Source of the DNA: Eukaryota sp. TZLM1-RC
Taxonomy: Eukaryota > Protista > Metamonada: BaSk clade
Direction of reading: 5' to 3'
Length of the DNA stretch: 64,000 nt
Assembly: GCA_040285825.1 (NCBI GenBank)
Contig: JAUPSS010000002.1
Span: 3,410,001-3,474,000, forward strand
Both the position numbers and the translations under genes were made by a program. Under the pieces are notes generated by a model. That model saw only the letters and a list, made by a program, of their open reading frames with translations, made no database searches and was not told the origin of the DNA. This document shows positions 1 to 13,497 of the stretch, one piece after another (the stretch's first letter is position 1; each line of letters starts with the position of its first letter).

Positions 1-2634
1 GATTTGCAAAAGCGGGATTCTTTTTCTTGGCCAAGCCAAGTCTAACATCAAAATCCAAGCTTTCAAAAATCTTTGACAATTTTTGTTGAAGCTTTTTACA
101 GCAAAACTGTAAATTAAATAGAGATCGGTTTGGAATTTCTTGAATTGATTGAGGAAAACATTTGGTCCAAATTTGTGGCGGTAATTTTTCAAGTTCACAA
201 GCTAACTCATACAAATAGGGACTACAATTGGGGACTAACAGATAGAATCATCAGGAAATCTACGAGAAAATTCATAAATAAAATTTTGCCACCACCCAAG
301 AATGCTGATTGACACAAAATTGAAGATTTAGTAAAACCAATACCACCCAAATTTGCTGAAGAAAATAAATGGCTTTTCAACATTCCTGGTTCTACATCCA
401 ATAAATCAGCAAAAAATTCTGTTCTCAATGAATTAAAAGAACGACAAAAATCTAATGCTATGGAAGGAGCACAAGATCTCAAAATGTGGGTTATTCTCCC
501 AGTGTAGCAAATTTTAAGCATGAAAAATTAAATATGCTTTTCTATATCTAAAGAAGAAATTGAATCAAGTTCAATTTTCATTTTTTCCATAATAACTTGC
601 AATTCATTCTGAATTTGAGGCACATTTCCTAACCAACAACCAAGGAACTTAAAAGCATCACTACTATAATTAGTAAAAGGGACAATAGAATCGTTTATCA
701 CGAGGTCTTGAGCAGAAGAGCCAATCAGAAGGCATTTGCTGGCATTAAGATGAAGCCCAATATTTTCATATGAATCGGCAATTTCTTGAGCAACCAATTC
801 TAGTAAATCAAATGAACCAATCAAGGATATATCATCCATATAAGCAACTATTTTTATAGAAGGGTATTTTTGCTTAATGATATTTAAAGTTTTGTGAATA
901 GCTAAACAAAACAATAATGGACCTAAAGGATCACCTTGCTTCACTCCAGAAGATGATTTAAGACCAAATGAATTAAAAATTAAATCTGATTCTTTCCCAT
1001 AAAAATGGTAGAAAAAACTCGATAGCTCAGGAAAATCAGATTTAATAACTTCAAAAATTGCATCTCGCTTTACAGAATTAAAAGCATTTTTAAAGTCGAG
1101 ATTAAAAATAAAATTATTTTCATCTGCATTAAAAAAGGTATCAGAGGCAATAGCAGCAACAGAAGCACCATCAATTGTTTTGATTCCAAATTGATGAGGA
1201 TTCAAAAATGTAGAAGCTTTGTCTTTGACACGATCGAAGACAATTGATGCTAGCAAACGAGAAAGAGATTCATCAACAGCAATTGGGCGTATTCCATCAG
1301 GTTTGATTCCGTTTCCAGGCTTTACTAAAGCAATCAGACGTGCTGCGAGTAATTCAAATGGAGGATTAATTTTCAAAACAATCAATTGTTGAAAATAGTG
1401 GGCTAGATCATCAGCAATTTCGGGAGCACTGGAACACGCTATTTTTAACAGATCAAAAGAAATTCCAGATGGGCCTGCTGCTTTCCCCTTTGGCAATTTT
1501 TGAATAGGTTTAAAAACTTCAATTGCAGTAATAGGATTTTCAATCCAAAAAGGACACACTTCAGGCTTGCTGCACTTGAAATTTTCTTGAGGATGCAACT
1601 TTTGAAGTTTTTCAAGGGTATCAGAGTTTGCATCAGCCAAAGAAGAGGAAAACAAAGACTGCTTTGCGGCACCATAACGACCACGTAAGCACAATTTACG
1701 GCAAATTTTTGATTTTACAATTTTTCTATTTCCAAATTTTTTCTTAAAACAATTTTTGTTTTTTCTAGCAAAATATTTCCAGAAGGATGAAATATTCCAC
1801 TTATTATTTTTCAATTCAGAAGTAAAATTTCTCATTTCCATTGAGAAGGGGATTGTGCTGGCGGGACTTATTTCTACTGGGATCCGGATCGGGGGTCTTA
1901 CGGTATCAACGGCTTTACAATTCGTACAAAACAGAAGTTTTCGACCATTTCTTGAATCTGCAACATCTTTTTTGCAAAATGGACAACAAAAATTACTGTT
2001 TTCAGAAGGGGAAGAAGAGGGAACACTAGAAGCATTTAACTGTTGATCGTCAGAAACATTATTTTCAGCACCTTTCACAACGGCAACAGCTGGAACAGAA
2101 CATTCGAGAATTTGTTGAGCAGATTTTAATTCAAATTCTCTTTTTTGCTTTTCAGGGCACGTTCTCGAATTATGACCACTGGTACCACAAATCGAACATT
2201 TTTTAGAACCTTTTAATGGCATTGGTTTCATTTTTTCAGTTCTTTCAATTTTGTTAATTTGTGAGTTAAAAGTAGAAATAGACTTTTGACTTTTTGCAGT
2301 TTCAGCTGGAGAAAACAAATTTCGAGAAACGGAGTTGTTAATAGAACGTAAGGAACGTAATGGTGGTTTTTGTGTGTTTTTTCTGGTACAATGATCAGTT
2401 TTTGAATGAAAATTTTTTTGAGATGAATTTCGAGCATAGCTTGTATTGTGGGGAGAGTGGGGAAGTGGAGAGGATGAGCTTGATCTGACTGGTAGAATCT
2501 TTGCTTGGGCGTTCCAATCAGTATCAGAGTCACTATCAGCCAAAGGCATCGTTTTGACAGAGAAACAGTACGACTTTGACGCCTTGACAGAAAGTGAAAT
2601 ATGAAAGGGTTGACTAAGGGAGGGAGAAAAAAAA
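1..2634 (-). mobile_element. Family A RLE non-LTR retrotransposon, intact 5' end (T8-CTCCCTCCC), 3' part runs out of window; frameshift near 528
   Basis: ORF from ATG 2549 (MPLADSDSDTDW) with CSICGTSGHNSRTC knuckle and RT motifs GVKQGDPLGP/AYMDD; near-identical to the intact copy at 20655-24139. Confidence 0.93.
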
Positions 2635-2802
2635 TACAATCCTGTTTTGCCAGTAAACACGATTGAAAATTCTTCCAGTGCTTTCCTTTACAACTACAAC
2701 AAAATCTTCAAGGAAAGCCATAGCAGCCTTACCTAGAGATCCAAGCAAAGAAAAAACAAATGGACATAAATTATATTGGGCATGAGAATTTTCATTAACC
2801 GA
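2635..2802 (-). mobile_element. Family B 3' fragment (RLE end)
   Basis: Encodes SVNENSHAQYNLCPFVFSLLG...NRIV, matching the B C-terminus in 10133-11476. Confidence 0.85.
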
Positions 2803-5686
2803 CGCAGGGGTAATTAAATCAGCACGGCGTTTCCCAAAAGTATTTTCATCTTCATTTTCAGATGACAATCTTCGCACAAGTGGTTCACCAAAAGCTTCGA
2901 TGTGATGACTTTTGCACATTGCGTATAGTTGGTCTCTAACAGCATCGTGAACAACTGAGCGATATGTAATATTAAATTTACAATTAAATAAATGATTCAG
3001 ATTAATGAGCTGACCACAACGACAAATCAAATCATTTGGCACACTACATGGCCACAGAAAACATCTCATCCTGAATGCAGTTGTCCATTGATGATCATTT
3101 AATAATAGACCATATACTTTTGGAATCTGGGAAATAAGACAACTTGAGCTACTATCCTTGAGGTCAATTAAAAAGTTTGCAAAAACGGGATTCTTTTCTT
3201 TAGCCAAGCTAAGACGAACAGTGAAATCCAAGTTTTCAAAAACTTTTAATACCTTTTGTAATTTAGCATATGCAAATTTCAAGGAAATCAAACTCCTGGG
3301 TGGAATTTCTTGAATATCAGCAGGAAAGCATTTGGACCATATGTGAGGAAAGATGCATTCAATTTCACTCTGCAAGGACACTAAATAGTCACTAACACAA
3401 CATTCTATTAAATGCTGGTTTTCAGGAAAGCGTTTCAAAAATTCAAAAACGAAATGTTTTCCTCCACCGATGAATGCGGCTTTACACAAATATTTTGATT
3501 TGTGAAAATCCAGGCCTCCCAATTCTGTGCTACAAAAAATATGACTACGTAAAAAAGAAGAATCAATATCGAGCAAATTAGCCAAAAATTTTGTTCTTAA
3601 TTCATTAAAAATTCTGCAAAATTCGAGAGAAATAGATGGTGATGTTGATCGTAAAATATGAGTAAATTTCCCTGAATAACAAATTTTGAGGAAGAAAAAT
3701 TAAGATGTTTTTCAATATTTAAATCTGAAAGAACCATCAATTCTTCTTCAAAATTATCCAAAAGGGAGGAAAGTTGATTTCGAATGTCATCAAAATTGCC
3801 TAAATAACAACCTCAAAAACGAAATCCTGATTCAAAATATTTGATAAAAGGAACACTTTGATCATCAATAATGAGATCAGCAGGCTCTCGACCAATCAAT
3901 AAACATTTGGGAATATTTAGAGAAAGACCAATTTCATAATAGCGCTGTTGAACAATTTCAGCAATTGTTCTCAATGAATCAATTGGACCAATTATTGATA
4001 TGTCATCCATATAAGCGGTTAAATGAACATCTGGAAATTCTTGTTTTAATTCACACATCAAAGGATGGATTGCAAGGCAGAAAAAGAAAGGACCTAATGG
4101 ATCACCTTGTTTGACACCAGATGATGATATTAGATTGAATTCCTCATAAACAAGAGTCGACTGCGAGCCATAAAAATTGTAAAAGAACGACTCAGCTTCT
4201 GGAAAATGAGCTTGAAGCAAGGGCAAGATGGACGACCTCTTCACTGCATTGAAAGCGTTTTTAAAATCTAAATTAAAAATATAATTCGAAGTATTGGAAT
4301 TAAAAAAGACATCAAAAGAGAGTGCTGCAGAAGATGCACCATCAACTGTTTTAATTCCAAATTGGAAAGGACTAAAAAAATCTTTAGCTTTTTTACCAAT
4401 CCTGCCAAACACAGCTGAAGCAAGAATACGAGACAAAGATTCACCAATTGCAATAGGCCTTATTTTTGATTCATTCTTTTTTAAAACAATTAAGCGTGAA
4501 CTTGTCATTTCAGATGGAAGCTTGATTTTTAATGTTAAAATTTTGTTGAAAAAGAAAACCAAATCATCAATACATTCAGGACATTGGTTTATCGTGGATT
4601 TTATCATGTCAAAAGTGATCATTGATGGACCAGGCGCTTTTCCAGATGGTAAGTGGTTAATCAATTTAATTAGTTCATCATTAGTTATGGGATTTTGCTC
4701 CCAATAACTTACATAATTAGGTTTAGGGCACTTAAAATTTTCAACAGGATGGAGACTCTTTAGTTGAGCAATAGTGTTTTCATTACATTCTGCAAGTTCA
4801 GAGGAAAACAGGCATTGCTTAGCGGATCCGTAGCGTCCCTTTAAAGCTAATTTTCGAACAATTTTTTTCTTTCTTAATTACTGAAGGACAATAATTTTTT
4901 ACTGACAATAATTTTTTTATCTTTAAGCAGAAAAATTTCCATATCGGTGTTACATCCCATATGCCTTTTTTTAAATTGGTAGTAAATTTTCGAAAACTAA
5001 TTGAAAAGGGGATGCAAGAAAGAGGACTTACCTGTGATGGAACACGTATTGGAGGCCTCAAGGAATCAACAGCTTTACATGATTCGCAAAAACGTAATGG
5101 TCGGCCAGAAGAATTAATGCCCAAATTTTTTTTAAAATTTAATTTTATTCTAAACCTATAAATCAACATCTAAAAAATCCATCTCTCCCAAAACAAAAAC
5201 ACTAGATGCAACTCTCTCATAGTGAGATCCAAGAGAAAGCAAAGCATCAGAAACCATCTTCAACATCCCCTTAAAAATAGAAAACACAATTCTATTTTGC
5301 CAAAACAATCTGTTGAAATTTCTGCCAGTTCTTCTCATTACAATCAATTCAAAATCATCCAAAAAACGTAAAGCAGTTGGTGCAAATTTTTGGTACAAAA
5401 TATACACTTATTATTCGGAGAATCAATGGATAAATTTACAGGTACTATTGCTGGTATTTCTTGATCATCATTATCATCATTTATGGGTAACGATGAGAGG
5501 GATTGTTTCAAATCAGCAGATGCAGCACGAGCTTTTAATTGTTCTTGTTTTATTTGGGGACATGTTTTAACGTTATGTCCCGGTTGACGACATTTACCAT
5601 AACTCTGAGAAGGAACTTTTCCAGTTTTTAATGGTAATGGTGTTATTTTTTCAGTTATTTCTATTTTGTCAATTGGTGAGTTAAAA
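2803..5686 (-). mobile_element. Family C RLE retrotransposon, degenerate, interrupted by an A 3' fragment
   Basis: ORFs 5344-5748 (knuckle KCRQPGHNVKTC), 4819-5169, 3813-4664 (RT, AYMDD), 2614-3585 (CRC..H..C, HDAVRD, RRAD). Confidence 0.88.
5126..5385 (-). mobile_element. Family A 5'-truncated insertion (~260 bp) with A-tail
   Basis: Encodes ...MDFLDVDL*, followed by the AATAAAATTAAATTTT(A)n tail; CAAATTTTT is duplicated on both sides. Confidence 0.85.
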
Positions 5687-7011
5687 GGATTGTGTGCCAC
5701 TAATGAAGCATTTGTAACAAAAATGAGATTATATTTGAACATCCCCATTAACCAATTATTATCAAAAGAAAAATGTATTTGTTCGAATTCACCTCAACTC
5801 ACTTTGCGTCATGCTCTAAATTGCTCTAAATTGATAACTTATCGTTCTTCATTACATGATGCTGTTAGAGACACTGTTTTCAATATGGCACAAACTGCAA
5901 GGATATCGTGTTATTTATGGCCTTGTAATTTGCCCAATGATTTGTTTTGTAAATGTGGAGCTGGTTTGACATTATCACATTTATTTAATTGCAATAGATA
6001 TATTTCCTATCGTTCTACGTTGCATGATGCAGTCAGAGATCAAATCCATGCAATGTGTAATTCCTATCATATTGAATCTTTTGTAGAACCTTTGTTGAGG
6101 TCTCTTGATATAAATGAAAACGTAAGAGATTCAGAATATGGAAAACGACGTGCTGATGTTGTTGTGCCCTCGTTTGATGATGTCATGAATGTTGTTGATG
6201 TCGTAACAGTGGATGTATGCAAGAAAAATGCCTTGAAAAATGCTCAATCCGAAGTATCCCCCTTGATGACTCCGAATTGTACAAACGGAAAAAGTATGCA
6301 AATCCTTTAAAAGAATTGAAACATGTTCGCCATGTAGATTACCAAATTTGCCCATTTGCTATATCGTTGTATGGTCGTCTTGGAAAAACTGCTTTGAATT
6401 TTATTGATGATTTTGAAAATCTTGTAAAAAAAAGAATGAATAAGCGTTTTGATCGTCGCTTGTGGCTAAATCGTATTGTTTTTACTATTTTCAAATCAAT
6501 TCCTAAAATGATTTCGAAAGCTTTAATGTCTGTCAGTGCACATTATGAAAACATTGCTGCTGTAAGGTTTGATGGTGTGGAAGCTTGTTTTGAAGATATT
6601 GACTTTTAGACTGTGGTTTTGAAAATAAATATTACTTTTCAAAGGATATCGTGTATCAAAGAGCCCCTGCTGAAGGAAACACTTTCTCTGAATAATTTTG
6701 GTTCTGATGATAGAGGTGATGTATACTGTTATTGGATTGATAATTCTGAAGCTATTGTTGACTTTGTCTCATGTAATGTTGCAAACGATACTTTGGTTCA
6801 CAGAAGAAAACTTAATCCTGTGGCTGCTCTGGATTTTAAAGCAAAAGAAAAACATAGAAAATATGATAAAGAAATTGAAGATGCAAATGTCGATAGAAAT
6901 ACACAGCTGGTTTTTATTGCTTTCCCATTTTCGATAAATGGAAGATTATCAGTTGAAGCAGAAACTTTTTTGGATGACTTCCAAAAAATGGTGAAAGAAA
7001 AAACAATGAAA
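5687..7011 (+). mobile_element. Family E 3' region fragment, split by an H insertion
   Basis: GLCATNEAF...RISC continues as RISCIKEP...DDRGDVY after the H insert; matches the E copy at 41040-46258. Confidence 0.85.
5908..6641 (+). mobile_element. Family H 5'-truncated insertion
   Basis: CKC..H..C, HDAVRD, RRADV, ends ACFEDIDF*; 13-bp TSD AAGGATATCGTGT at 5899-5911 and 6642-6654. Confidence 0.9.
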
Positions 7012-7013
7012 TA

Positions 7014-8596
7014 ATCTTAATGCCAGCAAATGCCTTCTGATTGGCTCTTCTGCTCAAGACCTCGTGATAAACGATTCTATTGTCCCTTTTACTAATTATA
7101 GTAGTGATGCTTTTAAGTTCCTTGGTTGTTGGTTAGGAAATGTGCCTCAAATTCAGAATGAATTGCAAGTTATTTTGGAAAAAATGAAAATTGAACTTGA
7201 TTCAATTTCTTCTTTAGATATAGAAAAGCATATTAAATTTTTCATGCTTAAAATTTGCTACACTGGGAGAATAACCCACATTTTGAGATCTTGTGCTCCT
7301 TCCATAGCATTAGATTTTTGTCGTTCTTTTAATTCATTGAGAACAGAATTTTTTGCTGATTTATTGGATGTAGAACCAGGAATGTTGAAAAGCCATTTAT
7401 TTTCTTCAGCAAATTTGGGTGGTATTGGTTTTACTAAATCTTCAATTTTGTGTCAATCAGCATTCTTAGGTGGTGGCAAAAATTTTATTTATGAATTTTC
7501 TCGTAGATTTCCTGATGATTCTCATCTGTTAGTCCCCAATTGTAGTCCCTATTTGTATGAGTTATCTTGTGAACTTGAAAAATTACCGCCACAAATTTGG
7601 ACCAAATGTTTTCCTGAATCAATTCAAGAAATTCCAAACCGATCTCTATTTAATTTACAGTTTTGCTGTGAAAAGCTTCAACAAAAATTGTCAAAGATTT
7701 TTGAAAGCTTGGATTTTGATGTTAGACTTGGCTTGGCCAAGAAAAAGAATCCCGCTTTAGCAAATCTTTTACAAGATATGTGTGACAGTACTTCCTCTGC
7801 CTTAGTAACAACAATTCCACAAGTTTATGGTACTCTCTTATCCGATTCTGCTTGGACTCTGAATATGAGATTTCGTTCCTTTATCTGGCCTGATAATTTA
7901 CCTCATAATTTAATTTGTTTTCGAGAAATTACAACTACTCATTTGTTAAATTGTAAACATTTTATTACTTTTAGAAGCAAGGTTCATGATGCTGTAAGAG
8001 ACCAGTTATATTGTATGTGTAGATCTCATAGAATTGAATCCTTCTTGGAACCTTTGTTGTCAAATCTGTTTGATGCTGAAAATGATTTTCATAAGAATAA
8101 TAGAGGTGATGTCATATTACCTGGATTAGATGGAAGCTTCATTTTATTGGATGTAATGTCTGTTGATCCTTGTAATGCCTCAAATGAAAGGGTTGTTAAT
8201 TCTGAAATTCATAATCCCCTTTCAAATGCTGAAAATTTTAAATTCAAAAAATACAATGAACCTTTGTCCAAATTGGCCAGTCTACAGCATGCAAAATACA
8301 ATTTGTATCCATTTGTATTTTCCCTTTTTGGTTCACTTGCACCAGCTGCTTTACGTTTTTTGGATGATTTTGAATTGATTGTAATGAGAAGAACTGGCAG
8401 AAATTTCAACAGATTGTTTTGGCAAAATAGAATTGTGTTTTCTATTTTTAAGGGGATGTTGAAGATGGTTTCTGATGCTTTGCTTTCTCTTGGATCTCAC
8501 TATGAGAGAGTTGCATCTAGTGTTTTTGTTTTGGGAGAGATGGATTTTTTAGATGTTGATTTATAGGTTTAGAATAAAATTAAATTTTAAAAAAAA
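7014..8596 (+). mobile_element. Family A 3' half (post-RT, CCHC, RLE) with tail
   Basis: ORF 7064-8566 ends MDFLDVDL*, followed by the A-tail. Confidence 0.92.
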
Positions 8597-10080
8597 TTTG
8601 GGCATTAATTCTTCTGGCCGACCATTACGTTTTTGCGAATCATGTAAAGCTGTTGATTCCTTGAGGCCTCCAATACGTGTTCCATCACAGGTAAGTCCTC
8701 TTTCTTGCATCCCCTTTTCAATTAGTTTTCGAAAATTTACTACCAATTTAAAAAAAGGCATATGGGATGTAACACCGATATGGAAATTTTTCTGCTTAAA
8801 GATAAAAAATTATTGTCAGTAAAAAAATTATTGTCCTTCAGTAATTAAGAAAGAAAAAATTGTTCGAAAATTAGCTTTAAAGGGACGCTACGGATCCGCT
8901 AAGCAATGCCTGTTTTCCTCTGAACTTGCAGAATGTAATGAAAACACTATTGCTCAACTAAAGAGTCTCCATCCTGTTGAAAATTTTAAGTGCCCTAAAC
9001 CTAATTATGTAAGTTATTGGGAGCAAAATCCCATAACTAATGATGAACTAATTAAATTGATTAACCACTTACCATCTGGAAAAGCGCCTGGTCCATCAAT
9101 GATCACTTTTGACATGATAAAATCCACGATAAACCAATGTCCTGAATGTATTGATGATTTGGTTTTCTTTTTCAACAAAATTTTAACATTAAAAATCAAG
9201 CTTCCATCTGAAATGACAAGTTCACGCTTAATTGTTTTAAAAAAGAATGAATCAAAAATAAGGCCTATTGCAATTGGTGAATCTTTGTCTCGTATTCTTG
9301 CTTCAGCTGTGTTTGGCAGGATTGGTAAAAAAGCTAAAGATTTTTTTAGTCCTTTCCAATTTGGAATTAAAACAGTTGATGGTGCATCTTCTGCAGCACT
9401 CTCTTTTGATGTCTTTTTTAATTCCAATACTTCGAATTATATTTTTAATTTAGATTTTAAAAACGCTTTCAATGCAGTGAAGAGATCGTCCATCTTGCCC
9501 TTGCTTCAAGCTCATTTTCCAGAAGCTGAGTCGTTCTTTTACAATTTTTATGGCTCGCAGTCGACTCTTGTTTATGAGGAATTCAATCTAATATCATCAT
9601 CTGGTGTCAAACAAGGTGATCCATTAGGTCCTTTCTTTTTCTGCCTTGCAATCCATCCTTTGATGTGTGAATTAAAACAAGAATTTCCAGATGTTCATTT
9701 AACCGCTTATATGGATGACATATCAATAATTGGTCCAATTGATTCATTGAGAACAATTGCTGAAATTGTTCAACAGCGCTATTATGAAATTGGTCTTTCT
9801 CTAAATATTCCCAAATGTTTATTGATTGGTCGAGAGCCTGCTGATCTCATTATTGATGATCAAAGTGTTCCTTTTATCAAATATTTTGAATCAGGATTTC
9901 GTTTTTGAGGTTGTTATTTAGGCAATTTTGATGACATTCGAAATCAACTTTCCTCCCTTTTGGATAATTTTGAAGAAGAATTGATGGTTCTTTCAGATTT
10001 AAATATTGAAAAACATCTTAATTTTTCTTCCTCAAAATTTGTTATTCAGGGAAATTTACTCATATTTTACGATCAACATC

Positions 10081-13000
10081 TTTTTTTTTTAAAATATTTA
10101 TTTTTATTCAACAACAAATATGAAATACACAATTAAAACTCCACATCCTCAAAACCTGCCTCCCCTACATCAAAACAATTAATCGCTAAAGATTCAGAAA
10201 ATTTCCCAAAAGAAGATAGTGAATCAGAAATTAGTGTTACCATTCCCTTAAAAATAGAAAATACAATCCTGTTTTGCCAGTAAACACGATTGAAAATTCT
10301 TCCAGTTCTTTCCTTTACAACTACAACAAAATCCTCAAGGAAAGCCATAGCAGCCTTACCTAGAGATCCAAGCAAAGAAAAAACAAATGGACATAAATTA
10401 TATTGGGCATGAGAATTTTCATTAACCGAGGAAATGGGTTTCGCATATTTAGCAATTTTATATTTTTCGCCTGCAAGAAGAGGATTATTTACATCCGAGT
10501 TAATGAAATGTTCGTTAGAGGAATTACAAGGGTCAATAGACATGGCGTCCAAAATAGTAAAACTACCATTTAAACCAGGAACAACTAGATCACCTCTAGT
10601 CAAACCCATAGAAGCTCTGTTGTAACGCGTACTATCAATATTGGGATCATCAAGAATTAATTTTGATAACAGCGGTTCTAAAAAGGAATCTACACGATAT
10701 GATTTGCACATTACATAAATTTGGTCCCTGACGTTATTATGCACTTTGCTTCTATACGTAATGAAATGTTTACAGTTCAAAAGATGAGTAAACAAAAGAG
10801 GTTTACCACATTTACAAGTTAAATGATTGGGCAAATTGTTTGGCCACAGAAAACAACGAAAACGCATGTTTAAAAGCCATTCATTGTCTTTTAGCAAAAG
10901 TCCATAAACAGAGGGAACTTGAGTTACTAAAGCAGCAGCAGAACTATCACGAATATCCTTTAAACAATTACCGAAAGCGGGATTTTTAGTTTTGGCCAAG
11001 CCAAGTCTTACTTCATAATCCAAGCCTTCATATAATTTAACCAGATGGTGCTGAAGCTTTTTCAAGCAAAAACGTAAATTTGGAAGTGATCGAGTGGGAA
11101 TTTCTTGAACGTTTTGAGGAAAACACTGAATCCAGATATCACTAGGCAAATTTTCTAATTCAAATTGCAGTTGATTCAAGTAAAAATTTGATTCACCATT
11201 GAACAGATGAACATCAAAAGGGAACCTTTGGAAAAATTCAAAAACAAAATTTTTACCACCTCCCAAAAATGCTGCTTTACACAGAATCGAAGATTTGGTG
11301 AATCCAATTCCACCCAAATCTGCTGAACAAAATACATGACTTCGAATTAAAGATTCATTTACTTCTAATAAAGAAGAAAAAAATTTGACTCGAAGTTTGT
11401 TAAAAGATCTGCAAAAATTGAGAGATACCGAAGGGGAGTTGACCTTAAAATATGAGTGAATTTTCCAGAATAACAAATTTTTAAAATAAAAAATTTGATG
11501 TGTTTCTCAATGTCACATTCAGCGATAAAACTAAGATCCTTGTCAAACTTCTCCAATTAATTGTTTAACTGGGAATAAATTTCATCCAAATTGCCAAGCC
11601 AACATCCAAGAAACTTAAAAGCTTGTTGGTCATAATTGATAAAAGGAATCTGAGCTCCACCAATCATCAAAGATTGTTTTTCTCTACCAATCAAGAGACA
11701 TTTAGATGGGTTCAAAGCTAAACCAATTTCTTTGTATTTCGCCGCAATGTCTTCAGAAACCCTAGAAATGCTTTCAAAAGAACCAATAATAGAAATGTCA
11801 TCCAAATAGGCAACAATACGCAAATCAGGGAAATCTTGTTGTGTCATTTTAATAATATTATGAATAGCCAAACAAAACAGCAAAGGGCCAAGAGGATCAC
11901 CTTGTTTCACACCAGAAGAAGATTCAAGGGTAAAGGAGTCAAAAATTAATTCTGATTTTTTTCCATAAAATAAATAAAAATATGCAGAAAGTTCAGGAAA
12001 ATCATGAAGAAGCACATCAAAAATACAATCACGTTTCACAGAATTGAAAGCATTTTTGAAATCCAAATTGAAAATATATTGATGTTGTTGACTATTGAAA
12101 AAAACATCTGAAGTCATTGAAGCAACAGAAGCACCTTCAACAGTTTTTATACCAAATTGGAAAGGCTTCAAATAGTCCCTTGCTTCAGTAGAAATTCTGT
12201 TGAAAATAAGTGAAGAAAGCAATCTGGTTAATGACTCTCCAATAGCAATTGGTCTAACTCCATCAGGCCTGTCACCTTTACCAGGTTTAACTAAAGCAAC
12301 TAAACGGGCAGCAGTCAATTCATGCGGAGGAACATAATTCAAACACATTAAATTTTGAAAATAGGAAGCAAGATCCTCACAAATTTCAGGAGCATTTTTA
12401 CAGGCAGTTTTCAACAAATCAAAGGAAATGCCTGAAGGACCAGCAGCTTTTCCTTTTGGTAATTTAGCAACGGCATTCAATACTTCTTGAGCCTGAAATG
12501 GATTTTCGAGCCAATATTGACAAATAGAAGGCCTACTGGGGCAAAAATTTTCAGTTGGATGGAGGAATTTTAATTTTTCAACAGTTTCGAGATTGTTATC
12601 AGCCAGTTTTCCCGAAAAAATATTTTTTAATCCGCTTCCATATCTACCTCTCAAAAACAATTTTCTTGCCTGAAAAGATGAATTAGCTTTTCCCTGTTTT
12701 GGTTTGTAATTAATTTTCTTCTTATTCTTTTTGGCAAAGAATTTCCAAAATCTTGTTATGTTCCATTTGTTTAATTTCAATTGCGAAGAAAAAGAACGCA
12801 TTTCCATTGACAAAGGAACAGAACTGGCAGGACTCACCTCTACAGGAATTTTAACAGGTGTACGAAGAGAATCACTTGTTTGACAGTCATAACAAAACAA
12901 TAGAGGGCGACCATTAGAAGAATTAGAGAGGAACTTTTTGCAAAAAGGACAACTATGTTTCAAGAAATTATCCGTAGGATCAGGAGCAACAGTTTTTGGT

Positions 13001-13497
13001 AAATGAGTTTGATCAATATTTAAATCATAATTAACATCATCAGCAGAAACATTGGGAACAGGAGGAAGATTTAGTTCGGATGGCGTTTGCAAACTATTAA
13101 CAATAGAAATATTGGTTTTCAGTCTCATTTTTTCGGTAACAATATCAGGACATTTTCTAATGTTATGACCAACCTTGCCACATTTGGAACAAGTATATCT
13201 TCTTTTTTGCACTTTTTCAGGCGTAATATCAGGGGCATCACACAAAGGCAAAAAGTCTTTTTTAAAAATTTTCAAATTTTTTTGAGAAGAATTTCGAGCA
13301 TAGCTTGAAGGGTGGGGAGAGTGGAGAAGTGAAGGGGATGAGCTTGATCTGATGGGTAGAATCTTTGCTTGGGTGTTCCAATCAGTATCAGAGTCACTGT
13401 CAGTCACTGGCATCGTTTTGGCAAAGACACAGTACGACTGTGACTCCGTGACAGAAAGTGAAATATGAGAGGGTTGACTAAGGGAGGGAGAAAAAAA
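10081..13497 (-). mobile_element. Family B full-length RLE retrotransposon (~3.4 kb)
   Basis: 5' T-tract followed by CTCCCTCCC; 3' AATAAAAATAAATATTTT(A)10; TSD AACATC at 10075-10080 and 13498-13503. Confidence 0.94.
10133..13413 (-). pseudogene. Family B RT-RLE ORF with one in-frame stop (11557-11559) and one frameshift (~11435)
   Basis: MPVTDSDSDTDW; CSKCGKVGHNIRKC; GVKQGDPLGP, AYLDD; CKC..H..C; TRGDLVV; KYKIAKY; ends FEDVEF*. Confidence 0.88.

Noticed and set aside
11557-11559. TAA/TAG reassigned to Gln
   Set aside because: The intact 1122-codon AT-rich ORF has no internal TAA/TAG, and all families end at TAA/TAG after a conserved motif; this is a simple nonsense change
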